The translations under genes were made by a program, and so were the position numbers. This document shows positions 8,025 through 17,333 of a DNA stretch of 64,000 nucleotides, one piece after another (the first letter of the stretch is position 1; every line of letters begins with the position of its first letter). The DNA is from Acidobacteriota bacterium (GTDB lineage Bacteria > Acidobacteriota > Terriglobia > 20CM-2-55-15): positions 35,388 to 99,387 of the forward strand of contig QHWY01000081.1 of the NCBI GenBank assembly GCA_003223875.1, given 5' to 3'. The notes under the pieces are model-generated. The model had not been told where the DNA came from. It did no database searches and saw nothing but the letters and a program-made list of their open reading frames with translations.

Positions 8025-9326
8025 TCATATGGTGACGACCTCGTCGAAAACCTCCGGCGAGACGGGTGTTCCAGACAACCGCAGCCGTTCCATGAATTCA
8101 GCCGAAGGCATGGTGCCTTGAAATCGGCCGAGCACACGCCCGTCTTCCGCCACTCCCGTTTGATCAAATATAAAAATGTCGCGCACCTGGATATTCAGGT
8201 CGTTCAGGCCCGTGACTTCGGCGACATGCGTGACCTTTCGTGTGCCGTCGCTGAGGCGCGCGGTTTGCACCAGCAAATGAATCACCGAGGCCATTTGCTG
8301 GCGAATGAAGCGGCTGGGCAGATCGAGTTTCGCCATCATGACCATCGTCTCCAGCCGGCTGAAGGCATCGGCGGGCGAATTGGCGTGGACGGTCGTCATC
8401 GAACCCTCGACACCGGTGCCCATCGCCTGCAACATATCGAGAGCTTCACCGCCGCGCGCCTCGCCGAGCAAGATCCTGTCGGGACGCAGGCGCAGAGCAG
8501 TCATCAGTAACTGCCGCTGCGTGATCGCTCCCTTCCCTTCGATGTTGGGCGGACGCGTCTCCATACGAACGACGTCATCCAGTTGAAGCTGCAGTTCGGC
8601 GGTGTCCTCGATGGTCACGACGCGTTCGTGCTCCGGAATGAAACGGGAAAGGCAATTCAGAAATGTGGTCTTGCCCGAACCGGTCCCTCCGGAAATAACC
8701 ATGTTGAATCTCGCTTCCACGCACGCGGCAAGAAACGTCATGATCGATGGGGTCAGCGTTTGATTCCGCAGCAGCTCCTCATTGGTCAGCACCTTGCGGC
8801 CGAACCGGCGAATCGAAAGCGACGGCCCGTCAACAGCAAGCGGGGGAATGATCGCATTCACGCGCGAACCGTCCTGCAAGCGGGCATCCACCAACGGCAC
8901 GGATTCATCTATGCGTCTTCCGACACTGGAAACAATCTTTTCGATGATGTGCAACAGATGCCGGTCGTTCTGAAATCGGATGGAGGTTTCGATCAGCTTC
9001 CCGTGCCGCTCGATATATACGTGCTTGTGCGTGTTCACTAAAATGTCCGAGATGGTCGGATCCTTCAGCAAGGGTTCCAGCGGTCCGAGGCCGAACACTT
9101 CGTCCAGGATTTCCTCCGCCAGGCGGTTTCGCTCCGTCATGCTGATCGGAAGATGATCTTCGCGCAAGATCTTCTCCAACACACTCTGGACTTCGCGGCG
9201 CAGTTCTTGCCGGCTCTCGGCCTTCACGGCATCCATATTCAGCACGCTCAAGAGCTTTTGATGGACGCGCGTCTTCAGACTCGCGAAACGCTCCTGGTTC
9301 TGGCTGAATATGGAAACTCGACTCAT
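8025..9326 (-). CDS. cpaF: CpaF/TadA-family secretion ATPase (orphan paralog)
   Basis: Walker A GGTGSGKTT, ..[26 protein letters not shown].. About 65% identity by eye to the operon cpaF at 26696-27976. Overlaps the upstream 1284-aa gene by 4 nt. Confidence 0.85.
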   Translation of the reverse strand: MSRVSIFSQNQERFASLKTRVHQKLLSVLNMDAVKAESRQELRREVQSVLEKILREDHLPISMTERNRLAEEILDEVFGLGPLEPLLKDPTISDILVNTHKHVYIERHGKLIETSIRFQNDRHLLHIIEKIVSSVGRRIDESVPLVDARLQDGSRVNAIIPPLAVDGPSLSIRRFGRKVLTNEELLRNQTLTPSIMTFLAACVEARFNMVISGGTGSGKTTFLNCLSRFIPEHERVVTIEDTAELQLQLDDVVRMETRPPNIEGKGAITQRQLLMTALRLRPDRILLGEARGGEALDMLQAMGTGVEGSMTTVHANSPADAFSRLETMVMMAKLDLPSRFIRQQMASVIHLLVQTARLSDGTRKVTHVAEVTGLNDLNIQVRDIFIFDQTGVAEDGRVLGRFQGTMPSAEFMERLRLSGTPVSPEVFDEVVTI

Positions 9327-12300
9327 CGGACCGGAATCGTAACACGATTGCTTGCAAACCCTTGCATCACGAGGCTCACGGAAATGTTCGTTGCGGGGGA
9401 GACCAAAGCCGGAACGCGAACTGTTACCTGGTATCGTCCTGCAACACCTGGGACCAGACCGCTGTAAAGCACATCGGCCGGGTACGTATCAAAGAAGACC
9501 CGCGGCGCCGCGATTGTTCTGTTTAGCGGTTCTTCAGTTGCGCCAGGTTCTCCGGGCCCGATAGAAGGATTGACCGGACCAAGACCTGTGGCGAAGAGCG
9601 TGACTATACTGCCGCGATCCGCCGGATTCGAAGCAGTGACGACGGAAGCGTCATCCTTGATGAAGATGCCGAGACCTCGGCCGTTCCCACTCTGTGTCAG
9701 GATTCCGGGAGCGAAAGCGGCGATGGAAATCTGAACCTCATTGCTGCGACTGGATGCGGCTTCGACGCGCAGACCATACACACCGGCAGAAATGTCCGTA
9801 GGCAACAGAGCCCTGACCTGCGCCGGCGAAACTGACAATAGCGGCAAGGCCATATCGCCGGCCGGCGTGTTGATCCAGACTCGCGTTGTGGCGAGAACCG
9901 TCGGCAACGTCCCTGCGGAGGCGAGAACGGTCGTTTGAGCCAAATCCTCGCCCGTAATCGAAACGATGCTGCCGGGCCCTAGAGCGGTGTAGGAATTGAA
10001 TGTCACCCCATCAACGACCGAATCTTGCAGCAGCGCCGGCGCATCTACCGCGGTGACGGTGAAAGTCACGGAGAGATCGCCAACTGTCGCCAGTACTTGA
10101 ACGGTTCCGCGGTTCGGCGGCAGCGTCAGAACTGTGCCGGCGATTCCGGCCGCATTTGTGAATGCGGTTCGCGAGCTGAGTGATCCGCCACCGTTAACAA
10201 TCGCGAAATCGACTGGGACTCCATTTAATGGATTTTGATTGGCATCGGAGACGAGAACCTGCAACGGCGGCAGCGCGGCCCCGACACCGCCCAATCCATT
10301 ATTGCCGCTTAGCATCGTCATTTGAGCCGGCGCTTCCGTCACGCGCGCGGTGACAAAAACAGTCTGTACAAAAGATCCCGAGATGAATTGTAAGCGTCCC
10401 ACATGGATCCCAGGCTGCAGACCCGCCGCGGATATGCGAATGACCGCCTCCCCTGAACCACGGGGCCTCAAAGTCCCGTTGGCTTCAGGAATGCCGAGCC
10501 AACCGTCATATGCATTGAGCCGCCAACCCAGCGTGTTCGAAGAGGCGACATTGAACAGAGGAACGCCTGCAGCCAGCGTCGTTCCCTTCATCAGAGTGAC
10601 GCTAATGGAAAGTGAATTGACAACAATTCCAGCAGCCAGCCCCTTCGCCGATATCGAATAAACGCCGCGGCCGAATGTGGCCGCGAGTAAGATTCCGTCC
10701 GGTTGCCGCAGAGAGATGTCGGTGACTGGAACCGGAGGAAGCCCCCAACTGATGTCGGTCCATTGCGGCGAAGCCGCGACATTTCCGCCGCCACCTACAT
10801 TGAACGTCACAAATACTCCGGCATCGGTTGCGACATATATCGTCTGCGCGGGTTGATTGAAGAGTTGGAACTGTCCTGGTCCGAATGGTGGTCCCGGCGG
10901 TTGTCCGGGAAAGGTAGGTAGTGGAACCGGTGTCACGACGAGAGGAGGCAATGAAGTGGGATCGATGACGATGGCATTCACCGGCACGTTCGGCAGATTA
11001 GTGCGTAGGGATGTCCATATCCCACCGCCGTTCGTCGATTGTTGCAAATCGCCTTGCAGGTAACCGGCCGAGAGGCTCGTTCCCGCGGGGAAACCGCCAA
11101 TCGCTGCATATACCGTATTGTTCTGCCTCGGATCTACCGCGAGACGGTTGACATATCCGGAGACGGAGCCCATTCGCGTCCAGGTTTGCCCGCTGTTCTG
11201 CGAACGCCAAATCAATGAAACGGGGGGGCACGACGTCAATACGACCTCCGGTAGGCACGCTGTTGCAGCATAGAGCGTCGTGCGCTGAGCAGGCGCCATT
11301 GTCAGGGCGATCACGACGTGCGTCGGATCCGAATCGACGGCGGGCAAGACAGTCCAGGAATCACCGGCGTTGGAGGTACGATAAAGGCGCGATCCGGCCA
11401 CGAAAGCGGACGAAGGATTCACAGGGTCCACGACCAGAGGGGGAAACGGCGCTCGAAGTTCCCCATCGGCAAGAACTTTGCTCGATGAGAACTGTGTCCC
11501 GCCGTCGCCGGAGAGGTAGATGGCCTGATTTCCCGTCGCAAAAATATTGGACGAGTTCGCCAGAGCCGACACGGTACCGACGGAATCGCTGATCTTGCCA
11601 CCGAGGGGTCCGAACAATCCGGCGGGTCCCGCTGCCCAAACTGCATTCTGAGAATCGAGGCTCGCGGAGAGGAACTGCCCCAAAGGCAATTGCCGGATCG
11701 CGCGAGTCGGAGTCGAACCCATCAGCGGAAGCATTTCGAGCCCACCATCTCCAGCAAGGAGAAGCACGTCTCCCGTGGTCACAGCCGAATGCAGACGCGG
11801 TGTCTTCGATGAAACGTTGAACCAACTGATCCCCTGGTTCGTGGAAGCCATCAACGAATCTCCCGCTACGTAGAGATTCCCACTGGCCGAGTCCAAAACC
11901 AGTTGGTTTGGTGGATGACCCGCGCCTACGCGGACGGGTTCCGACCAGGTGTTCCCCCCATCGGTACTGCGGTAAAAATCGATTAGCGAAGGATTGGCCC
12001 CGCTTCCCTGCCCGCTCAATTGATACGAGACAGTCACCGACAGGGCATTCGCATCGGCGACGACGCTCACCCAAGTCGTCCGTGCGTCGCTTGCGTACGG
12101 GCTTGCAGGTAGAGATATGTTCGCCCACGTGCTGCCGCCGTCCGATGATCGAATCAAAACGTTATTAAAGGACCCACCGGAATTGTCGCCGAGCACGCCA
12201 ACATAAACACTGCCAAGATCGTCGAAAGCAATAGATGCGACCGGACTTGGAACAATCTTGCTCCAGCTCGTGCCCGCATCCTGTGAAAGGAACAACCCTT

Positions 12301-12790
12301 CCGCCGACCCCGCAAATATCCGTAATGAGTTCGCCGGATCGACGGCGAGCGCGCAAACCGGCTGGTTCGTGAATCGCGGCCCGGTCGTCCACGTCCGGCC
12401 GCCATCGGGCGACCGCACCACCGTCTGTAATGGCCGCAGGTTCTGGTCGTCTCCTGTTCCGACGTAGAGCACGTCGGGAGAACGGGAATCGATTGCGATA
12501 GAACACACTTGGAGTGATGAAAGCAAATCGGTCAACGGAACCCAGGAACTGCCGCCATCCGTGCTTTTCCACACGCCTCCCCCAGGGGCCACAAAATACA
12601 AAGTGAAATCACTGCGGGGGTCGGAAGCGAGTCTCACCACTCGCGGAGGAGCGCCCGGCGGCCCCGCGAAATTCCAACTAGCTTGCGCATGTAAGGATAA
12701 GGTAACTCCCAGCAAGATGAGGACAGCGGCGAGGGCGTGTTCCCCAAGCCGCGAAGCGGCGTGAAAAAATAGCCCAGCGCGTAAGCGCTG
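9323..12790 (-). CDS. large secreted BNR/Asp-box repeat protein with Ig-like segments and a Solibacter-type C-terminal domain (start uncertain)
   Basis: At least 9 S-x-D-G-G-x-T-W Asp-box motifs (SPDGGRTWT, STDGGSSWV, SSDGGSTWAN, STDGGNTWSE, SQNSGQTWT...). The C-terminal ..LYSGLVPGVAGRYQVTVRVP.. matches the recalled TIGR03437 consensus. A signal-like ALAAVLILLGVTLSLHAQA sits about residue 148-166 of the full ORF. No canonical start lies near it; the ORF track extends to 13177 through a MITE. Confidence 0.65.
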   Translation of the reverse strand, partial: QRLRAGLFFHAASRLGEHALAAVLILLGVTLSLHAQASWNFAGPPGAPPRVVRLASDPRSDFTLYFVAPGGGVWKSTDGGSSWVPLTDLLSSLQVCSIAIDSRSPDVLYVGTGDDQNLRPLQTVVRSPDGGRTWTTGPRFTNQPVCALAVDPANSLRIFAGSAEGLFLSQDAGTSWSKIVPSPVASIAFDDLGSVYVGVLGDNSGGSFNNVLIRSSDGGSTWANISLPASPYASDARTTWVSVVADANALSVTVSYQLSGQGSGANPSLIDFYRSTDGGNTWSEPVRVGAGHPPNQLVLDSASGNLYVAGDSLMASTNQGISWFNVSSKTPRLHSAVTTGDVLLLAGDGGLEMLPLMGSTPTRAIRQLPLGQFLSASLDSQNAVWAAGPAGLFGPLGGKISDSVGTVSALANSSNIFATGNQAIYLSGDGGTQFSSSKVLADGELRAPFPPLVVDPVNPSSAFVAGSRLYRTSNAGDSWTVLPAVDSDPTHVVIALTMAPAQRTTLYAATACLPEVVLTSCPPVSLIWRSQNSGQTWTRMGSVSGYVNRLAVDPRQNNTVYAAIGGFPAGTSLSAGYLQGDLQQSTNGGGIWTSLRTNLPNVPVNAIVIDPTSLPPLVVTPVPLPTFPGQPPGPPFGPGQFQLFNQPAQTIYVATDAGVFVTFNVGGGGNVAASPQWTDISWGLPPVPVTDISLRQPDGILLAATFGRGVYSISAKGLAAGIVVNSLSISVTLMKGTTLAAGVPLFNVASSNTLGWRLNAYDGWLGIPEANGTLRPRGSGEAVIRISAAGLQPGIHVGRLQFISGSFVQTVFVTARVTEAPAQMTMLSGNNGLGGVGAALPPLQVLVSDANQNPLNGVPVDFAIVNGGGSLSSRTAFTNAAGIAGTVLTLPPNRGTVQVLATVGDLSVTFTVTAVDAPALLQDSVVDGVTFNSYTALGPGSIVSITGEDLAQTTVLASAGTLPTVLATTRVWINTPAGDMALPLLSVSPAQVRALLPTDISAGVYGLRVEAASSRSNEVQISIAAFAPGILTQSGNGRGLGIFIKDDASVVTASNPADRGSIVTLFATGLGPVNPSIGPGEPGATEEPLNRTIAAPRVFFDTYPADVLYSGLVPGVAGRYQVTVRVPALVSPATNISVSLVMQGFASNRVTIPVR

Positions 12791-12957
12791 GGTCTTGAAT
12801 GTTTGGAATCGCGAGTCCCGCAAGGGGCGACAGACGGATTCTTCTATCGCCCCTCCGGGGCTTGTCGCCGGAGATCGATGAGATTCCCAGGGCTTGCGCC
12901 CTGGGATAAGCTCTTGACGCCGCTTCGCGGCTTGAGCTAACACGCCCTCACGAGCGC

Positions 12958-13070
12958 TTTGCACAAAAAATCCTGGGCGGTCATAGACCGTCCCTAGAGC
13001 TTGGGGTGCGCAACTGTAGGGGCGCTCTATGAGCGCCCACGATGTATTTTTTGTGCGAAGCCCCTCACGA
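12958..13070. mobile_element. family B MITE-like element, copy B2
   Basis: TIRs CTTTGCACAAAAAA/TTTTTTGTGCGAAG. Flanked by an 11-bp direct repeat CCTCACGAGCG. Confidence 0.7.
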
Positions 13071-13073
13071 GCG

Positions 13074-16000
13074 CTAATGCACTGCCGTAAGCGGTGCGTC
13101 ATCGGTCGCACTGGCTGCTCCTCCGGCAGTGATGACCACCGGCAGGTCGTCACCTTCAGTCCGGTCTCCTGGAACATAAAGATTGATCTGATAAATCCCC
13201 ACCATGCCGGGGGCCAGGCCGGACCATAGCACTGGGTAAGGATGGCCGCCGATCGTGACTTGGATTGATTCCCTCGTCACGGAAAAAGGATCGGCCGAGG
13301 CGGCTTCACCAGCGGCAACGCCGGGATCGACTGGACCGAGTCCTGCGGCGTAAAGAATGAGCGTTTCGTCCCGCTCGGCAGGATAGTCCGGCGTGACGAG
13401 CGCGAAATCCGCGCCATGGATAATGGCGGCCGTCTTTACGCCGTTGACATCGAGTGAAAATGCACCCGGACTCGACAGACTGACTGGAATCGAGACGCCG
13501 GGACTGACCAGACCCAGGCGCTGCGAACGAACGGTCAGCGTCACACGAGTCGTTGCTAATTCCGGCGGCAATTGTGCATCGATTTGCGTGGGAGACGTGT
13601 TGATAAGCGGAATCGCCATTTCATTCGCCGTCACGCAAACTCCGCCAAGCAATCGCGGCAATGGGATGCCGGGCGCCGACGCCGCGTCCGCCAGATTGCT
13701 GCCCAAAATCGAGATCAGCGATCCCGGCGAGATCTGCCGGTTGTGCGTGGAGGTATTCACCACTCCACTGGCCTGAAATGAAGGGGCACGCCCGCCCGTC
13801 TGAGCTAAGGAAACCACAGTGAGTCCAGACCACGAGAGCAGGTAGACATTATTGTTACCGTCGAAAATGACGCCGTGAGGGAGAATCTGCGTTTGATTGT
13901 TCACACCGATTTCGAGCGCCGTCACCCGCGGAGGCCATTGCCGCGGCGCCGCGCCGAGGGCGGCGTTGGCGCCACTTTGAGCGGGAGTGATGTCCATCAC
14001 CTGCTCCGGTAACGACACCTGGATGTCTTGCTGAAAAGTTGCGAGATTAAATCGCTGCAAGCTCTGCGGCGTGCCGCTTTGCACACGAACTGCGAGATTG
14101 TTCGCAACCGCGACGCCAAAAGCATTGGCACTGGCCGCCTGCCCTATAGGCAACCCGGCCGCTGAAGCTAAGAATCCTTGTGAACCCAACACGGAGTTGA
14201 ATACGGCGTTTTCGACAACGTAAGAGCTGCCGTCGGAACCGGCCGCAGCGACGCCGCGAAATTGCGGAACCGCAGCAAAGCGAAGTATCGGAAATGTATC
14301 CGAGATCGGGTCGTAGAGTCGCAGATTGGCGTTTTGGGTAATTCCTGCATCCGCGATGAGAATCCCGCTACCATCGGCCGCCGCTGTCAAGACGTTTCGG
14401 CCCCCTATTGCGTTAGTGGCCCCCACCCCCAAATCCAACCGCGGAAACGCGCTGCGCGTCAGCAGGCTCAACTGCCAAATCTGTCCGTTCCCAGGCAAAA
14501 CCCCAGCGGCCGGAAGCGGCGACACCGAAAACAAGATCGCGTTCGACGATGCGGCGATATAGCGCGGAAATAGCGGGACAATCGTACTGAGGGGTATCGG
14601 TCCCATGGAAATCTGATCGACTTCTTGCATCGCATCCAGATCCACGACCGAAAAATTCTCGGAGCCGAAGTTCGCGACAACCAGTGTCGAAGGATTCACC
14701 ATCACCATCGACAGAGGCCGATTCCCAACGCGGATCGGCGATAAAAACGTCTGGCTCTCCAGTGAGAAGACTTCGACCTGTCCCAAAGTGTAATTGGCGA
14801 TGTACAAACGTTGACGCCCGCTATCCATCTGCATGTCGACGCCTAAACCATTGACGGGAACAATCGTGCCGCGGTCGCTCACATCGCGAAAGTTAAAGTT
14901 GACTAAAATCGCAGGCTCGATATTCACCGCTTCGGGGGACACCAATACGACGACGTACTGAGAGGTGCCGCGCACGGCCACCGTACGCGGATCAAAGCTG
15001 ATCGTCAATGTTGCCGGTGCTATACCCGAACGCTGGCTCAGAATCACAGGAGTCGTGACCGTGGGGCTCGTGCTGTTCACACTGGCTGCAAAGGTCATCC
15101 GGCCGCCGCCGATGTTTCGGATTTGCACCGTGGCGGTCGCGATCGTGCGATTACACATGTCGCGCGAGAGCACGACGTTGGTCGAGCTCACATCGAGGAT
15201 CGGAACATTGTTCAATTGTCCGATGGGTATCACCATCAAGCCAGAGGTCGATGTCGCAAACAGATTTTGGCCGTCGGGTGACGCGATGATCTTCGACGTT
15301 ATCTGCTCGGAAAGACGCAAACCAAGCTGCGGCGTCAGGCTCGACGAGCGCAGGATCTGCAAAACGGCCGCTGTCTGTTGGCTTTGCGCGGCGCCCGGTG
15401 CTCCCGGGAAAATCCCGCCGCCGGGGAATCCGCCACCGCCGGGAATAGTCACGCCAGGTGTTGCGGGATTCTGAGGGTTATTGGGATTGAGGGGGTTGAT
15501 CGGCGTTTGCGCGCAACATGCCGCTCCGTTGTTGAACGACGCGTAAACCGAGTTCCCATCCACAGAGAATGCGCTACCACCCGAAGCCGCGTTCAAGACA
15601 TTTCCAGTCCGCCCTAGAATCGTGAGTGTTTGCGTATCGAACAGCAGCGGACCGGCCATAAATCTGGACCCGTCCGACGACGCGGACAAAATCGAGGCCA
15701 CCCCCGTCACATTGCGGCTCCGCAGAACCACTCCGGACGCCACTTCATAAACAAACAGCCGATTTGCCGCCCCGCCTCCTGCGTTAGGGAGCGACCGTCC
15801 GATGATGAGATTTCCGGAAGCCGTCGTGACGAGGCTGGCGAAAGCGGAAGTGTTGATAAAGACCGGCGGAATATTTTGCAGTCCGTTAGGCGGCGTTGGA
15901 GGAGGTGAGACGGGAACCGGCGACACGCTGCCCGTCGTGGTGTCGAGACGTTGGAGTCCACCAGTCCCGAGAATAACTACCTTACCGTCGTTCCCCACAG

Positions 16001-16397
16001 CGACCGCATCCGGCCGAGAACCGATGTTATAGTCGTTGCCCCGTTGGCGGCTGTTCAGATTAATCGTGTTGATGGTATTCGAGCCGGCGCTGGCGACGTA
16101 CAGCGTCGTCAGATCCGGACTCAATGCCAGGCTCGACGGCAACGTGCCTGTGGCAATGCTCCCCACCAATCGCCTTTCACCGACGGAGTAGATATCCACC
16201 TCATTCCGCGACGCATTGGCGAGATACACCAGGTTCCGCGCGGAGTCGTAAATCAAATCCGCCACTGTTCCCAAAACCGGCACAACCGTTCCGATATTCG
16301 CAGCGTAAGCCGCCGAAACAAAGAAGGATAATAAAGTCGCCAGGCTCGAGAGCAAAACCATCAACCGGCGCGTCTGTGGAACCGAAAACACTTGCAT
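13074..16397 (-). CDS. large secreted YVTN/NHL-like beta-propeller repeat protein with Solibacter-type C-terminal domain
   Basis: Start chosen at MQVFSVPQTRRLMVLLSSLATLLSFFVSAAYAA (signal peptide). Repeated ..LVYLANASRNEVDIYSV.. / ..LYVASAGSNTINTINL.. blades. The C-terminal ..LWSGLAPGMVGIYQINLYVP.. matches the same C-terminal domain as the 1284-aa protein. Confidence 0.65.
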   Translation of the reverse strand: MQVFSVPQTRRLMVLLSSLATLLSFFVSAAYAANIGTVVPVLGTVADLIYDSARNLVYLANASRNEVDIYSVGERRLVGSIATGTLPSSLALSPDLTTLYVASAGSNTINTINLNSRQRGNDYNIGSRPDAVAVGNDGKVVILGTGGLQRLDTTTGSVSPVPVSPPPTPPNGLQNIPPVFINTSAFASLVTTASGNLIIGRSLPNAGGGAANRLFVYEVASGVVLRSRNVTGVASILSASSDGSRFMAGPLLFDTQTLTILGRTGNVLNAASGGSAFSVDGNSVYASFNNGAACCAQTPINPLNPNNPQNPATPGVTIPGGGGFPGGGIFPGAPGAAQSQQTAAVLQILRSSSLTPQLGLRLSEQITSKIIASPDGQNLFATSTSGLMVIPIGQLNNVPILDVSSTNVVLSRDMCNRTIATATVQIRNIGGGRMTFAASVNSTSPTVTTPVILSQRSGIAPATLTISFDPRTVAVRGTSQYVVVLVSPEAVNIEPAILVNFNFRDVSDRGTIVPVNGLGVDMQMDSGRQRLYIANYTLGQVEVFSLESQTFLSPIRVGNRPLSMVMVNPSTLVVANFGSENFSVVDLDAMQEVDQISMGPIPLSTIVPLFPRYIAASSNAILFSVSPLPAAGVLPGNGQIWQLSLLTRSAFPRLDLGVGATNAIGGRNVLTAAADGSGILIADAGITQNANLRLYDPISDTFPILRFAAVPQFRGVAAAGSDGSSYVVENAVFNSVLGSQGFLASAAGLPIGQAASANAFGVAVANNLAVRVQSGTPQSLQRFNLATFQQDIQVSLPEQVMDITPAQSGANAALGAAPRQWPPRVTALEIGVNNQTQILPHGVIFDGNNNVYLLSWSGLTVVSLAQTGGRAPSFQASGVVNTSTHNRQISPGSLISILGSNLADAASAPGIPLPRLLGGVCVTANEMAIPLINTSPTQIDAQLPPELATTRVTLTVRSQRLGLVSPGVSIPVSLSSPGAFSLDVNGVKTAAIIHGADFALVTPDYPAERDETLILYAAGLGPVDPGVAAGEAASADPFSVTRESIQVTIGGHPYPVLWSGLAPGMVGIYQINLYVPGDRTEGDDLPVVITAGGAASATDDAPLTAVH

Positions 16398-16630
16398 CAA
16401 ACCGTTCCCCAAAATTATCGGACGCCGCGAAATATAAGCCACGAACTCCACCTCGCGCAATGCTCGCCGGGCGGTTTTACCTCTTTTTACAGTCGACCAG
16501 ATTGCCTGCTCCGCACGGATTGGCGCTGACTGAAGAGGCGATTCCACTGCTGATGCCCGCAGCAGAAAGGCTGGCCAACCAGGGGTGTCTCCTATTTTCG
16601 GATCATCCATAACTTTTTGTAAAGGGGCGC

Positions 16631-16848
16631 CAGCATCTGCGGTTGCTGCGCAGCAAACGATTTTGTTGTCTAGCATCGGCGTTTCCTGGACAGGAAACGG
16701 TTTTGCTGTCTAGCATCGGCGTTTCCTAGACAGCATCCGGATTTGCTGTCTAGCATCCGCGGTTGCTGTGCAGGAAACGATTTTGCTGTCTAGCATCGGC
16801 GTTTCCTAGACAGCATCTGGATTTGCTGTCTAGCATCCATGGCAGGGA
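16631..16848. promoter_or_regulatory. degenerate tandem array of hairpin/half-site motifs (GCTGTCTAGCATC x5, CTAGACAGCATC x3) in a divergent promoter region
   Basis: Units of about 130 and 80 bp: GCGGTTGCTG[C/T]GCAG[C/G]AAACGATTTTG[T/C]TGTCTAGCATCGGCGTTTCCT[G/A]GACAG + CATC[C/T]GGATTTGCTGTCTAGCATC. Stem CTGTCTAG / CTAGACAG with a 12-nt loop. Lies between the giant-protein operon (-) and the tad operon (+). Confidence 0.6.
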
Positions 16849-16955
16849 CGCGTGTTAAGACAACAGGTTGCCCGGCCAGTTTAACCTCTTTTTACATCTA
16901 CAGATCCAACATTTAGGTGTAACATCGGCTTCGATTTAGAGGAGAATTTCGGCAT

Positions 16956-17333
16956 ATGGCCGCGGGGCCGTTCGTTGTACGAAACCGCACGCGGGAAGCG
17001 ATTCTGGCTTCCAAGGTACAACTTGCAGACACGCCGCGAGCGCGGCGGATCGGTTTGCTGAAGCACGATAAATTGGACGCCGGTGAAGGTTTGTGGATCT
17101 ATCCGACCCAGGCGATCCACACGTTCGGCATGCGATTTCCCATCGATGTGGCTTTCATCGATCGGCGGATGCGAGTGAAACGCTTATATCATCAGCTTGC
17201 GCCATTCCGCCTGACGTCGCTTGTTTGGTCCGCTCAAAGCGTTCTTGAATTGCCCGCTGGATCCCTCGCGGGCACCGGGACCGCGGTCGGTGACGAACTC
17301 CAAATCTCACTGAGCGAAGAGTCATCTAAATGA
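16956..17333 (+). CDS. DUF192 domain protein
   Basis: 125 aa. ..GLWIYPTQAIHTFGMRFPIDVAFID.. is typical of DUF192/COG1430. 4-nt overlap with the next gene. Confidence 0.65.
   Translation: MAAGPFVVRNRTREAILASKVQLADTPRARRIGLLKHDKLDAGEGLWIYPTQAIHTFGMRFPIDVAFIDRRMRVKRLYHQLAPFRLTSLVWSAQSVLELPAGSLAGTGTAVGDELQISLSEESSK

Noticed and set aside
11361-12128. 255-aa ORF (and several other 60-170-aa ORFs) antisense to the 1284-aa BNR gene
   Set aside because: These are typical spurious open frames on the opposite strand of a long high-GC gene. They have no RBS, no domain signal, and the sense-strand gene has strong motif support.
12790-13177. N-terminal 130 codons of the long ORF for the 1284-aa protein
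   Set aside because: The frame reads through MITE copy B2 and precedes the signal peptide by about 150 residues. It is more likely untranslated leader than protein, but the true start is unresolved (see finding).
16631-16848. Possible CRISPR array
   Set aside because: The repeats are degenerate, partly inverted (hairpin partners) and not separated by unique spacers of regular length. There are no cas genes nearby.
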